The position numbers were made by a program, and so were the translations under genes. Source: Azolla caroliniana (Eukaryota > Plantae > Polypodiophyta). Taken from it: a stretch of 10,196 nt of DNA. How positions within the stretch are numbered: the stretch's first letter is position 1; each line of letters starts with the position of its first letter. Below, in pieces: positions 1 through 8,400 of the stretch. Below the pieces are notes generated by a model that was given only the letters and a program-made list of their open reading frames with translations, had not been told where the DNA came from and did no database searches. The stretch lies in NCBI GenBank assembly GCA_043228905.1, contig JBHGNT010001293.1, positions 1-10,196 on the forward strand, in the 5' to 3' direction.

Positions 1-78
1 ATCCAAACTGATGAGGAAGAAGAGCGCAACGTAATGCTTTCTAGAAAGTAGGTGGTGCGATTCTTCTCCTCCCCATCC

Positions 79-168
79 ATCTAATCTATTTGTCTAATCT
101 ATCTAGAATCTATTATCTAATCTACCTAATCTATCTAGAATCTATTATCTAATCTCTCTCTCTCTCTC
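79..168 (+). repeat. CTAATCTAT-based low-complexity repeat (30-nt unit at 94 and 126) merging into (CT)n
   Basis: CTAATCTATCTAGAATCTATTATCTAATCT occurs twice with period 32, followed by a CT run. Confidence 0.85.
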
Positions 169-262
169 TTTATAGAAAAATGGTTTGGTAGATGGGATGC
201 GAGACACTTGCTTCATGATGCATCATTAGATTCCTCTGTAAATGAGGCTTTTTTGCAACGCC

Positions 263-725
263 AATGTATCATGACATGGGACAAATGTGGAGGCTCACAC
301 TTCACACATTATACTACACATGTTGCACCTAACTACAAAACCATATTCTTTACGGAACGGGGAAATCGGGGGAAATCGTACACATCGATACATGTTAGAG
401 CCCATACCATTATCCGCCATTCGAACCATTGCTTCCATGCGACTTAACTCACACTTTGCCCTAACACAAGTTTGCGAGTCTGAGTATTATGACACTTTGA
501 TACAATGCTCTCTGCCTTTGATTCATATTCGACCATGCTTTTCACACATCTCGTCGAGCGAGCGAGCCCAATCCTTGGATGAATTCCTCTCACAACCACA
601 ATGTGCACTCTCGAGTGCAACATTCAATTGGTAAAGTTGTTGACCATCGCGAGTCACTACTCACTTTCACACGTATCACGTGAAATGTAATATTTTTTGG
701 GTCTCATAGTTCATATTTGACCTCC
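263..725 (+). repeat. Dispersed repeat A, copy 1 (probable non-autonomous TE fragment)
   Basis: Aligns by eye over its length to the reverse complement of 8727-9210, e.g. ATGTTGCACCTAACTACAAAACC vs ATGTTGCACTTAACTACAAAACC, CACTTTGATACAATG, CTACTCACTTTCACA and TCATATTTGACC. Confidence 0.85.
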
Positions 726-737
726 GAAGACGATAAT

Positions 738-741
<4 letters not shown>

Positions 742-778
<37 letters not shown>
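742..778 (+). repeat. (CT)n microsatellite upstream of PIN1
   Basis: Direct reading, about 18 units. Confidence 0.95.
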
Positions 779-781
<3 letters not shown>

Positions 782-844
782 TCTTGTCTCTGTCTCCTTC
801 CGCTAGTAGTAAGTAAAGTAGTAGCATAGTCGTCCAAAACCCAG

Positions 845-876
845 AAACCCTAACCCTAACCCTAACCCTAACCCTA
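845..876 (+). promoter_or_regulatory. Telo-box (AAACCCTAA) extended into five AACCCT telomere-like hexamers in the PIN1 leader/promoter
   Basis: AAACCCTAACCCTAACCCTAACCCTAACCCTA ends about 50 nt upstream of the ATG. Confidence 0.7.
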
Positions 877-883
877 GCAGAGT

Positions 884-912
884 AGACACAGACACAGACA
901 CAGACACAGACA
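884..912 (+). repeat. (AGACAC)n hexamer repeat in the PIN1 leader
   Basis: Nearly five copies, ending 13 nt before the ATG. Confidence 0.9.
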
Positions 913-925
913 AAGAGAGACGACG

Positions 926-1163
926 ATGAGCTCGTCGGGGGGGAAGGTGAGAGCGTCGCACCTGCTGGTGAAGCACTCTGGATCCCGCCGCCCTGCCTCC
1001 CATCGCGATGCCGAAGGCCTGACCATCAAAGCCACCAGTCGCGATGCCGCCATCGCCATCCTCCAGTCTTTTCGTGATGCCATCGCCTCTGGCAAGGTCG
1101 ACTTCCAAGTCCTTGCCGCCCGTTTCTCTGATTGCTCCTCTGCAAAGCACAATGGTGACCTCG
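926..1163 (+). CDS. PIN1: Pin1-type peptidyl-prolyl cis/trans isomerase (plant parvulin, no WW domain), exon 1
   Basis: The translation MSSSGGKVRASHLLVKHSGSRRPAS...FSDCSSAKHNGDLG matches the parvulin/Pin1 motifs (VxASHLLVKH, the SRR phosphate-binding loop, SDCSSAK..GDLG with the catalytic Cys). Similarity stops at a phase-1 donor G|GTAAAC at 1163/1164. Confidence 0.95.
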
Positions 1164-2734
1164 GTAAACATCTCTCCTTCTCTCTCTATATTTTCTTTCT
1201 TCCTTCTATGTTCGCCCCCCCACCCCCTGTAGATGATGCATACAAATCTCACTCTCCTTTGTTGATTTCTCTGCTACACACTATAATGGTGAGCTTGGTT
1301 AGTTCCAAAGATCCTTTCTTCCTTCGTTTGTCTCCTTGCCTTCGTCTCTGCCAAACATAATGGAGGCCTGGCTATGCTCCAAAATCCTCTCTTTGTTTCT
1401 CTGTCCCCTGTTTTTTTTGTTGTGCACTACAAATTATGGAGTCTGTTATACGCTCGTAATATTATCCTCTTTCTGCTTTTTTCTTCTTTCCTTTTCTAGG
1501 GATTTGCAGATTTTTGGTAGGGTCGATGAACGCATCAGTTTCTAATGTGTATGAATGTGTTAGATAGGAAATATCCAACGTTTTTCTCTATTTCCCTGAA
1601 TGCTCCAAAGAGAGGTTTCAATGACATCCTCACATGTTGCAGTTTCACGGCCATGTTAGTCTTTTGGCTGAGTTTTCATATTCCTTGTAAGGTTTTACAA
1701 TTACTCTCATATGATACGATGGGAAAAGAAAACCCAACTACTTAATTTAGGCATAAAAATATCCAAAAGCTCAAGATTGAGTAGAGTGGATAATATCTTT
1801 AAGACTCATTAAAGTAGAGGAAAAAGGATTAGAGAGAAAAGATAGGAAAACTGTTGTGACCTTCGAAGTAAGATTTCTTTGTTGTTGGCTTGGTGCTTCT
1901 GAATTTGAGGCACAATTTGGGTTGTGAGGACATAGTAGGCAGTTGAAAGGTAGGTTGCGTTTGCAGTTTTCAATGGTTGGAAACCATGGGGATGTTATTG
2001 CCTGAGTAGATCCAAATGTGTGAGTTGGTAAGGCATCATATTCATCATATGGCTTCTTAAGTGTACAAGATCTTTATTTAGGATCCCAAGGTTGTCAATA
2101 TTTGAGCTATCTCTGCGTATTTTTTCTTCTTGTAATCAATATAACTCTAGATACAAAGGAAGAAGAAGATTAAGAAGAAACAGAAATAGTGACACGATTA
2201 GCTGTGCAAAAAAAATAGAAGTTTCAAGAAAGAGTTGACTATTATGACATACTACTAGGTTTATGTTCCCTTTCCATATTAGGTAATTGGAAAGACAAAA
2301 TATAAAATATTAGATTGCTGACAACACTTTTGTGGTCAATAGAACGATTCGGTGCTGCTTTTGAACTGCATTGTATAATATGATCGTACAACAGTTATTC
2401 ATGTTGCAGCTCTATGCTCAGCACAATGAGGTATTGGATTCTATATTTTATGAAACAGTCAATGTCATCTAATGTATTGGTGTTTACAGAGAGATAGATG
2501 GTCATGCACGTATATCATTACGGTACTAAAATAATACCAGATTCCCTACTATATCTTTAAGTTCCATTGTGTATCTTTAAATGTTCCAAGTTAAGTCTAC
2601 GATACCACTGCATTTGCAATTGAGAATTCAATCTTGCACGCATGAGATAATGAATAGGGAATATTAGAGTTGAAAGTCAGCAAGGGCACTTGATCCTCAT
2701 GGATCTTGGCTGTATGTTGGGTGTTATAATGTAT

Positions 2735-2960
2735 CGTGGGCCATCATTTTAATTTCTTGGAAGTGATCAATTGTTATGGAAGCCACTCTGTCTCAAAATT
2801 TCCCTGTTTGGGTCTTCTGTGAATTTTTCTGTGGTCAAGTACATCATCAGCAAAGAACATGCCTACTATCTTGGCAATGATTTCAGAGAAGGAATAGAAT
2901 AGATTTGGTATCGTCCACAAGGCGGCCAAATTTGACCTCTGGGATCAAATAAACCTATCC
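2735..2960 (-). mobile_element. Possible highly decayed LINE reverse-transcriptase fragment in the PIN1 intron
   Basis: Minus-strand peptides across frameshifts (VYLIP ... EIIAKIV ... TQTG ... LRQSGFHNN ... FQEIK) occur in the order expected for the L1-type RT N-terminal region; weak. Confidence 0.35.
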
Positions 2961-3335
2961 TCTTGTATGCCCCTCCTTACTAAGAAGGGGGATTACTTCT
3001 GTGATAGTAAAACTCTATGTGAAAATAATGCATGCACATATGTGGTCATCCTTCTTAGTGGATAGAAGAGAGAAAGAACGAAAGATATATTAATGTCTTT
3101 TAAGAGGTTCAATTGGCTTATAAGATCAAACAAAAGATTACATCTTAAAATATTGTTTCATCTTTGTGAAACAACACACCAAAATAAATAAATGTAACTA
3201 AGGAAAAAAGTAAATTGAAATAGACTAGGACATGATCAAAGAATCTTGTCATCATCAATACATTCAAGATTCTGAAACCAGATGTATTGTAATTTTTGTT
3301 TTAGAAATATTTCTAGCAGAGGTCAGAAAAGAATG

Positions 3336-3616
3336 GAGAGGTCTCCGAAGTGAGGGAAGCACCTGCAATGGCAGGAGATAATGGCCTTTACCAGTTGATG
3401 ACCATCGTGATCCACAAGGCTGAGGCCTATGTGCATGAAAAATTACTATTGCCTGATCTATTGTAACCCCGTTGCAATGTCCTGGCTGGTAGCCCATTTA
3501 TGTAGCCCTTGATTGACTTGCAGCAGGAGGAGTATGCGGCTAAAGAAAGTTGTAATAGTTACTCTTTGTCGATGTGCTTGTGTGGCTATATTGCTGTCCT
3601 TCAACAACTTCTCCCC
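3336..3616 (+). repeat. Dispersed repeat B, intronic uninterrupted copy
   Basis: Direct similarity to 7955-8123 plus 8587-8673 (GAGAGGTCTC..GAGGGAAGCAC, CTATTGTAACCCC, GCCCTTGATTGA, GCTAAAGAAAGTTGT, TGTCCTTC). Confidence 0.85.
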
Positions 3617-3620
3617 ATGT

Positions 3621-3848
3621 CTCGAGTTCTAGCAAGAAATCCCCTAGTAACATTGCTCCTTATATTCCTTTCCCCGGATTAGCGGGTCAAAACCTTGCTT
3701 AAAGAGGCAATGATATCCATCCCCCTACCCTGTCCTCCCTGTCTCTCTTGAGTTCTAGCAAGAAAGCCCCAGGCAATGTTGCTCCTCATATTCCATTATC
3801 ATACATAGTGGGTCAAAGCTTTGCTTAAATAGACAATGATATCTCCCT
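3621..3848 (+). repeat. Older ~126-bp-period tandem duplication in the intron
   Basis: GAGTTCTAGCAAGAAA at 3624 and 3750; TTGCTCCT.ATATTCC, GGGTCAAA, TTGCTTAAA and CAATGATATC are in register. Confidence 0.85.
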
Positions 3849-3858
3849 ATTTACTTCT

Positions 3859-3875
3859 AGAGAGAGAGAGAGAGA
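3859..3875 (+). repeat. (AG)n microsatellite
   Basis: Direct reading. Confidence 0.9.
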
Positions 3876-4080
3876 TAAAACAGAGAGAAAAAGAGATTTA
3901 AGTTTTTTTTCTTAATGTTTCACGTTGATGTCCTACCTAAATAAGAGGCAAATTATTCTAAATATGGCCACCACTGTCTTTAGAAGTATAGGAGCCAGTC
4001 TCCTCGATCTTAGTGGTGCATATAAATAAGATAGTAACATCTAGGGAGAGGTTGAGAAATATTTGTGTCTGAATTCACAG

Positions 4081-4205
4081 GTTGGTTTACCCGTGGGAAG
4101 ATGCAAAAGCCTTTTGAAGATGCAACTTTTGCCTTGAATGTCGGGGAGTTGAGTGAAATTGTTGACACTGACAGTGGTGTGCACTTAATTTTGAGAACTG
4201 GATGA
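4081..4205 (+). CDS. PIN1: Pin1-type PPIase, exon 2 (to TGA)
   Basis: Acceptor TTCACAG ends at 4080. The phase-1 join gives [41 protein letters not shown], the canonical Pin1 C-terminus. The spliced CDS is 238+125=363 nt, or 120 aa plus stop. Confidence 0.95.
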
Positions 4206-4964
4206 TACGCACATACATGCAATTCTTCATAATCAACATTATGCTCCAAATCTAAAACCGCAGACAAGCTATAGTATACAAATCATCATTCTGACTAATA
4301 GACTTCCTTTTTGCTCTTACTATAATTGAGCAATATGATGGAACTTGGTGGTAGAGATTTATGCGTACCACCTATAAATAGTATGTTGATTTTGTTTCAA
4401 CAGTTTCTGTTACTGGAATTTCATCATGGTAATTGCAAGTTCATTTACTTGTGTGTAATGGCAAGTTCATTTACGTATATGTCATTATAAGTTTTATGAT
4501 ATATCTTTGCAACCATATTATCTCTGTTTGTGGATAGAGTTTGTGGCTAGTAACTGGAGGCAATTTTACTTCATTGTGTTGCATATAAACCTGAATTTAC
4601 GTAATATTTATGGCAAGAAGCATCATGTATATGATCAACCACCCCATTGCAAGCAGCAATGCTGGGTTTGCCCTGCTTCCTACAAGCTATATATGTTGGT
4701 TTAACTTTCATTTATAACTTCCATTCATGTTGATTGTCACTCTCACCACAATGAGCATGGTAATGACATACCTTGCTACTGTAATTCTATTAAACTTCTT
4801 TTTGTTTGATAGAGCAGCATTGTCAAAACTGATCTCCTTTAATTTCATTCTCTTTATTTTTATGATTGCAATGGCCATTTTGTCCTTTATCCTGAAAAAC
4901 AAATCAAACCACTTCTGCTTGCAAACAATGCCTTTCTTTTTATGCCTGAAGATGCTTGTCAACA

Positions 4965-5320
4965 GCTAATGAAAAATGGTTGTTTTCCAATCAGATAAAC
5001 CATTGGGCATATTGTTCGTACTGTTGCATGATGCTTGCGTAGTCATAATGATGATGGCACATACCTTTGAATTATGGCATGTGTTTACTTGCAAGTTAAC
5101 GAAATATATGATTTTGTTTGTCTTCAACTTGACAAGTCAATCTCAAGCCAAAAGTTTCTGTTGAAAGCTCATGAAAAATGGCTGTTTAAATCATAGTGTA
5201 CATTTTTCATACAGTTGCATGATTCTTGCTCATTACTATTGAATTATGGCATGGGTTTTGTTGTGAATTAATAGAACACATGATCTTGTTTGTCTCATTA
5301 CCATGATAAATCAATTTAAG
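4965..5320 (+). repeat. Degenerate ~170-200-bp tandem duplication in the PIN1-RALF intergenic region
   Basis: ATGAAAAATGG at 4969/5171, GTTGCATGAT.CTTGC, TGAATTATGGCATG at 5068/5240, and ATGAT.TTGTTTGTCT. Confidence 0.75.
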
Positions 5321-5929
5321 TACAAAAACCTATGGTGTTCTTGTACTAGACTTTCTCGACATTCGAAAAAATTATGACTGATTCACATACCAAAAGTTTT
5401 TTTGGGGACGATTGGTTTTATTATTGATGGTAAGATGGGATGCCATTGCCTTGAATTCAAGAAATTAGAACTGTTTGTGCATGTGTATAGGCCATACATA
5501 ACTCAAATTGATTCCGTGAATACGATGCAATTAATTTATGACCATCATGGAAAATCATTAGATATGAATTATGATTATCTCATATATACAATCATTTGAT
5601 ATGAAAAACAATTTGTTACCATACTAATTTATGGAAAGCCATTGCATGTCAAAAACATTCAACACATGTGGGAGCATACCATGGTGGTAGACAAGATTGG
5701 TTTTCATATGATGAATGAGAATGGTGGTTTTCCATGTGATGGTTGAGAATACTATCATTTTTGTATGAGATCGGATGAGAATGTTGATTTTGATGGAACT
5801 AGTGGTTTTCCATGCAATTAATGATAATGATATAATTTCTATATGTGATGGATGAGATGGTTTTCATATGATAAATGAGTTAAGTGTTGGATTTGCTGAG
5901 AATTGAGTGCAATGTTGGCTTGAAGAATT

Positions 5930-6274
5930 CTAGCCCGTTTCATGTTGACATTGTGTGATCTTGCTACATCCTCTTGAGTAAGAGTTAACGGGGCCGGAGG
6001 TAGTATAGCAATTGGGAGTATAATATGACCTTCCTGACATGGGGGGGCATGGTGTGCTGTCGGCAATAAGGGATCTATAGCTAATATATTGTGATGATGA
6101 TGAAGAACTGGTGGAGAGGATGCTCCTTGCCATTTCTAGATTTGAATCGATGCAATTGACATTGTATCCAAGTTTGCTATTGCAAATAGAAGCATTTACC
6201 ATATAGTTAGGGTCAAATACAAGACACATCATGTTGATGGCCATGAAAATGAGAGCATATTGTGAAGAACCCAT
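5930..6274 (-). CDS. RALF: RALF-like (Rapid ALkalinization Factor) secreted cysteine-rich peptide precursor, 114 aa
   Basis: Hydrophobic N-terminus (signal-peptide-like), a pro-region with two Cys, and RSIL at the usual RRIL cleavage position. These are followed by YISY, PCPP..GRSYY..NC and YSRGCSKITQC, which carry the four conserved Cys. Intronless, as is typical for RALFs. Confidence 0.92.
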   Translation of the reverse strand: MGSSQYALIFMAINMMCLVFDPNYMVNASICNSKLGYNVNCIDSNLEMARSILSTSSSSSSQYISYRSLIADSTPCPPMSGRSYYTPNCYTTSGPVNSYSRGCSKITQCQHETG

Positions 6275-6276
6275 CT

Positions 6277-6280
<4 letters not shown>

Positions 6281-6324
<44 letters not shown>
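6281..6324 (+). repeat. (CT)22 microsatellite, i.e. (AG)22 immediately upstream of the RALF ATG
   Basis: Direct reading; 6 nt separate it from the start codon. Confidence 0.95.
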
Positions 6325-6329
<5 letters not shown>

Positions 6330-6487
6330 CCCTATAGTTTGGTCGTATGATGCTGTGTTTTATGTTAGAAGAATAGAGCTCAACAAAGAACCCATGTGTG
6401 GAAGCATCCTTTTTGCAACTTTGGATAACTTTCAAAGGAAGTAATTTCCACACATCTCTTGCTTACAATAGTGTCTCTGACCTAATC

Positions 6488-6495
6488 TTTATATA
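6488..6495 (-). promoter_or_regulatory. Candidate TATA box for RALF
   Basis: TATATAAA on the minus strand about 215 nt upstream of the RALF ATG; supported by position only. Confidence 0.4.
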
Positions 6496-7653
6496 CAAGG
6501 CTCCTCTCAATTCCTTGTAAAGTAAGGATCAACCCTCTTTTCAATTGTTGAAGTTCTACACTGTTGCTCTTTGTAATTTTTTATCTTTCTTGTGTGAAAC
6601 CTCAATGTAACCGAAAAACCCACAAAATTGATTGATGTACAATGTTATTGAGGGAATATCGTGGAGCATAATGGTCACAAGAATATCCACATGGTCTATA
6701 ATCCATGTCATGGTTAGCATCACTATGTCGTCATCTATCACCTAATTGACTTCCAAATTTGGGTAATCCAATTTGTAATTAAAAAGGGGGAACGTTGTTT
6801 ATATACATACTATGCAATCCTTTGGAAGTACTCATTTAAGCTTAAGAACATTGTTCGTGCCCACTAACTACAAGTTGCATAGAGAGTTTAAGAGTAGGTC
6901 ACGAGTTCATACCTCACAATCTTTGTATGGAAGTCATTTCTTGTAATAGAGCTTTGGCTACTGTGGACATCGCCTTGAACAATGTGATGATGGCCTGTGG
7001 GGAGCTTGTGACCTTGATCTTGTGATACACTAAATCAACATAGTGAGCCAACGAGTGATTGGATGGAAGTGTCTCAACCATATATAAATTTAGTATTAAG
7101 TGCATTGCAAAGGCTATAAAATTTTGATAACCATATATCCTCCATTGAATCCGATGTAAATGCATTTTACAAAACACTTCAATTTGGAAAACCATAATTA
7201 CTATCATTTCAAGCTTCTCCTAATTAAATTTTTGACTCCTAGGAAATTAATGGAAATGAAAACCTAGTTGATGTTGAGAGAGATGAATGGATAAGAGTGT
7301 TATAGGTCCACCTAAGGATATGGCGGAACACTATGAGAGAAGATAATGATAATTCTTCATCATATAACAATGAGGAATTATCACGTTACTAGAGATCATC
7401 TCCATTTTTATTCCTTTATGACTATTGTAAATATATGGATGACATATCTATTTTTATTTGACACTAACTAATGGAATTTTTATTTGACCCAATATTATTT
7501 TCTTAGTCAACCTTTTCGTTGTCATTGGACGAGCCGAAAAATAGAATCTCCAGTTTAAGAGAGGGAGAGAGGCCACATGAGAACTAGGGTGAGAGAGTGT
7601 GTGATAGAGAAGACAAAATAATAAGAGAGCATCAAATTGTCTCCACCTCTCCT

Positions 7654-7669
7654 ATATATATATATATAT
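7654..7669. repeat. (TA)n microsatellite at the inner edge of the CACTA fragment
   Basis: Direct reading. Confidence 0.85.
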
Positions 7670-7821
7670 GGCCATTATAAGGCGTCGTTATGTGACACTT
7701 TAATATATGTTGCATTGTGACATACAAATAACATCATTAATTGCATCACACTGTCATAGTATGAGAGTGACACAATTAGCAACGTGTTTTTGCATCACTA
7801 ATGTCCTATTTTGTTGTAGTG
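7670..7821 (-). mobile_element. CACTA (En/Spm) DNA transposon terminus with subterminal repeats
   Basis: The minus strand from 7821 reads CACTACAACAAAATAGGACATTAGTGATGC..., a CACTA-type TIR followed by repeated GTGAC/GTCAC/GCATCAC motifs in both orientations. The partner end was not found. Confidence 0.75.
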
Positions 7822-8048
7822 AGAGGTCTCAAATGTGAGGGAAGCACTTGTGATGGTTGGAGATAATGGGGTTCACTTGTCAATGTTAATAGTGACAAAT
7901 TGCTATTGCCCTATCCATGTTTTTGCATCACTAATGTCCTATTTTATTGTAGTGAGAGGTCTCAAATGCGAGGGAAGCACTTGTGATGGTTGGAGATGAT
8001 GGGCTTCACTTGTCAATGTTAATAGTGACAAATTGCTATTGCCCTATC
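7785..8048 (+). repeat. Recent 133-bp tandem duplication
   Basis: 7785-7915 vs 7918-8048, with four substitutions counted by eye. Confidence 0.95.
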
Positions 8049-8155
8049 TATTGTAACCCCTTCACAGTGTCTTGAAAAGAGCCAATTTGTGTTGCCCTTG
8101 ATTGATTTGTAGCATGGGCAGGATGTCATGAGTAGATAAAACCCCATGAGGTTTA

Positions 8156-8213
8156 GGGTGACTCGAACCCGTGACCTCCGAAGGAGGAGCACTCAACTCT
8201 AGCCATTAGGTTA
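8156..8213 (-). other. tRNA-derived (A-box/B-box) segment inside the solo LTR; not a functional tRNA
   Basis: The minus strand reads TAACCTAATGGCTAGAGTT...GGAGGTCACGGGTTCGAGTCACCC. It has an A-box-like motif at 8213-8203 and a B-box GGTTCGAGTC at 8169-8160, with tRNA-like 44-nt spacing and a GAGGTC variable-loop motif. No acceptor stem. Confidence 0.7.
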
Positions 8214-8265
8214 TATATTTCTACATAAAGATATTATAATTTACTTTATTATAATATTGATAATG

Positions 8266-8400
8266 TAACCCTATAAATATCCAAAGGGTGCCTTGACCCT
8301 TCAATATCCCAAAGGCCATGACCCTTCAATATCCCAAAGGCAATCATGACCCTACAACATCCCAAAGGGTATCATGACCCTACAAACATCCAAGGGGCAC
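8266..8400 (+). repeat. Five 25-28-nt tandem units (TGACCCTWCAAYATCCCAAAGG..) in LTR U3
   Basis: Units start at 8266, 8294, 8319, 8347 and 8375, directly upstream of the LTR TATA box. Confidence 0.9.

Larger units (their letters stand above)
1164..4080 (+). other. Spliceosomal GT-AG intron of PIN1 (2917 nt)
   Basis: GT at 1164 and CAG at 4078-4080; removing it restores a continuous, full-length parvulin frame. Confidence 0.9.

Noticed and set aside
208-634. ORFs 208-447 and 287-634 and the similar ORF at 8943-9215 as a small gene family
   Set aside because: The peptide similarity just reflects repeat A; frames and ends are not conserved between the copies.
718-729. 12-mer TGACCTCCGAAG shared with the LTR tRNA-like segment (8172-8183)
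   Set aside because: Similarity does not extend on either side and the other repeat-A copy lacks it; likely chance.
845-876. True telomere or chromosome-fusion scar
   Set aside because: Only five units, in a typical telo-box position, with no head-to-head array.
803-1252. Minus-strand ORFs (149 and 92 aa) over PIN1 exon 1
   Set aside because: They are antisense shadows of a GC-rich exon plus microsatellite-encoded dipeptide repeats.
926-1360. 144-aa ORF as the complete Pin1 protein
   Set aside because: After GDLG it reads into pyrimidine-rich intron; the true C-terminus is at 4081-4205.
2970-2990. CCCCTCCTTACTAAGAAGGGG stem-loop as a terminator or Helitron end
   Set aside because: It is an isolated imperfect hairpin without the expected downstream CTRR or poly-T context.
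4435-4474. GCAAGTTCATTTAC repeated with period 26 downstream of PIN1
   Set aside because: A two-copy micro-duplication with no evidence of function.
4708-4969. Hydrophobic 80-aa ORF and basic antisense ORF
   Set aside because: Their composition is explained by T-rich sequence, with no recognisable motif.
6229-6453. ORFs with ER/SL dipeptide runs
   Set aside because: Artefacts of the (CT)22 microsatellite.
6840-7392. Possible decayed coding or LINE C-terminal remnant on the + strand (e.g. DVERDEWIRVL*VHLRIW)
   Set aside because: Many stops and no diagnostic motif I can verify; it needs BLASTX.
8140-8220. Functional tRNA gene
   Set aside because: There is no acceptor stem or proper anticodon stem; only A/B-box and T-loop remnants remain.
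8266-8400. CRISPR-like array
   Set aside because: The units are contiguous with no unique spacers, lie inside an LTR, the context is eukaryotic and there are no cas genes.
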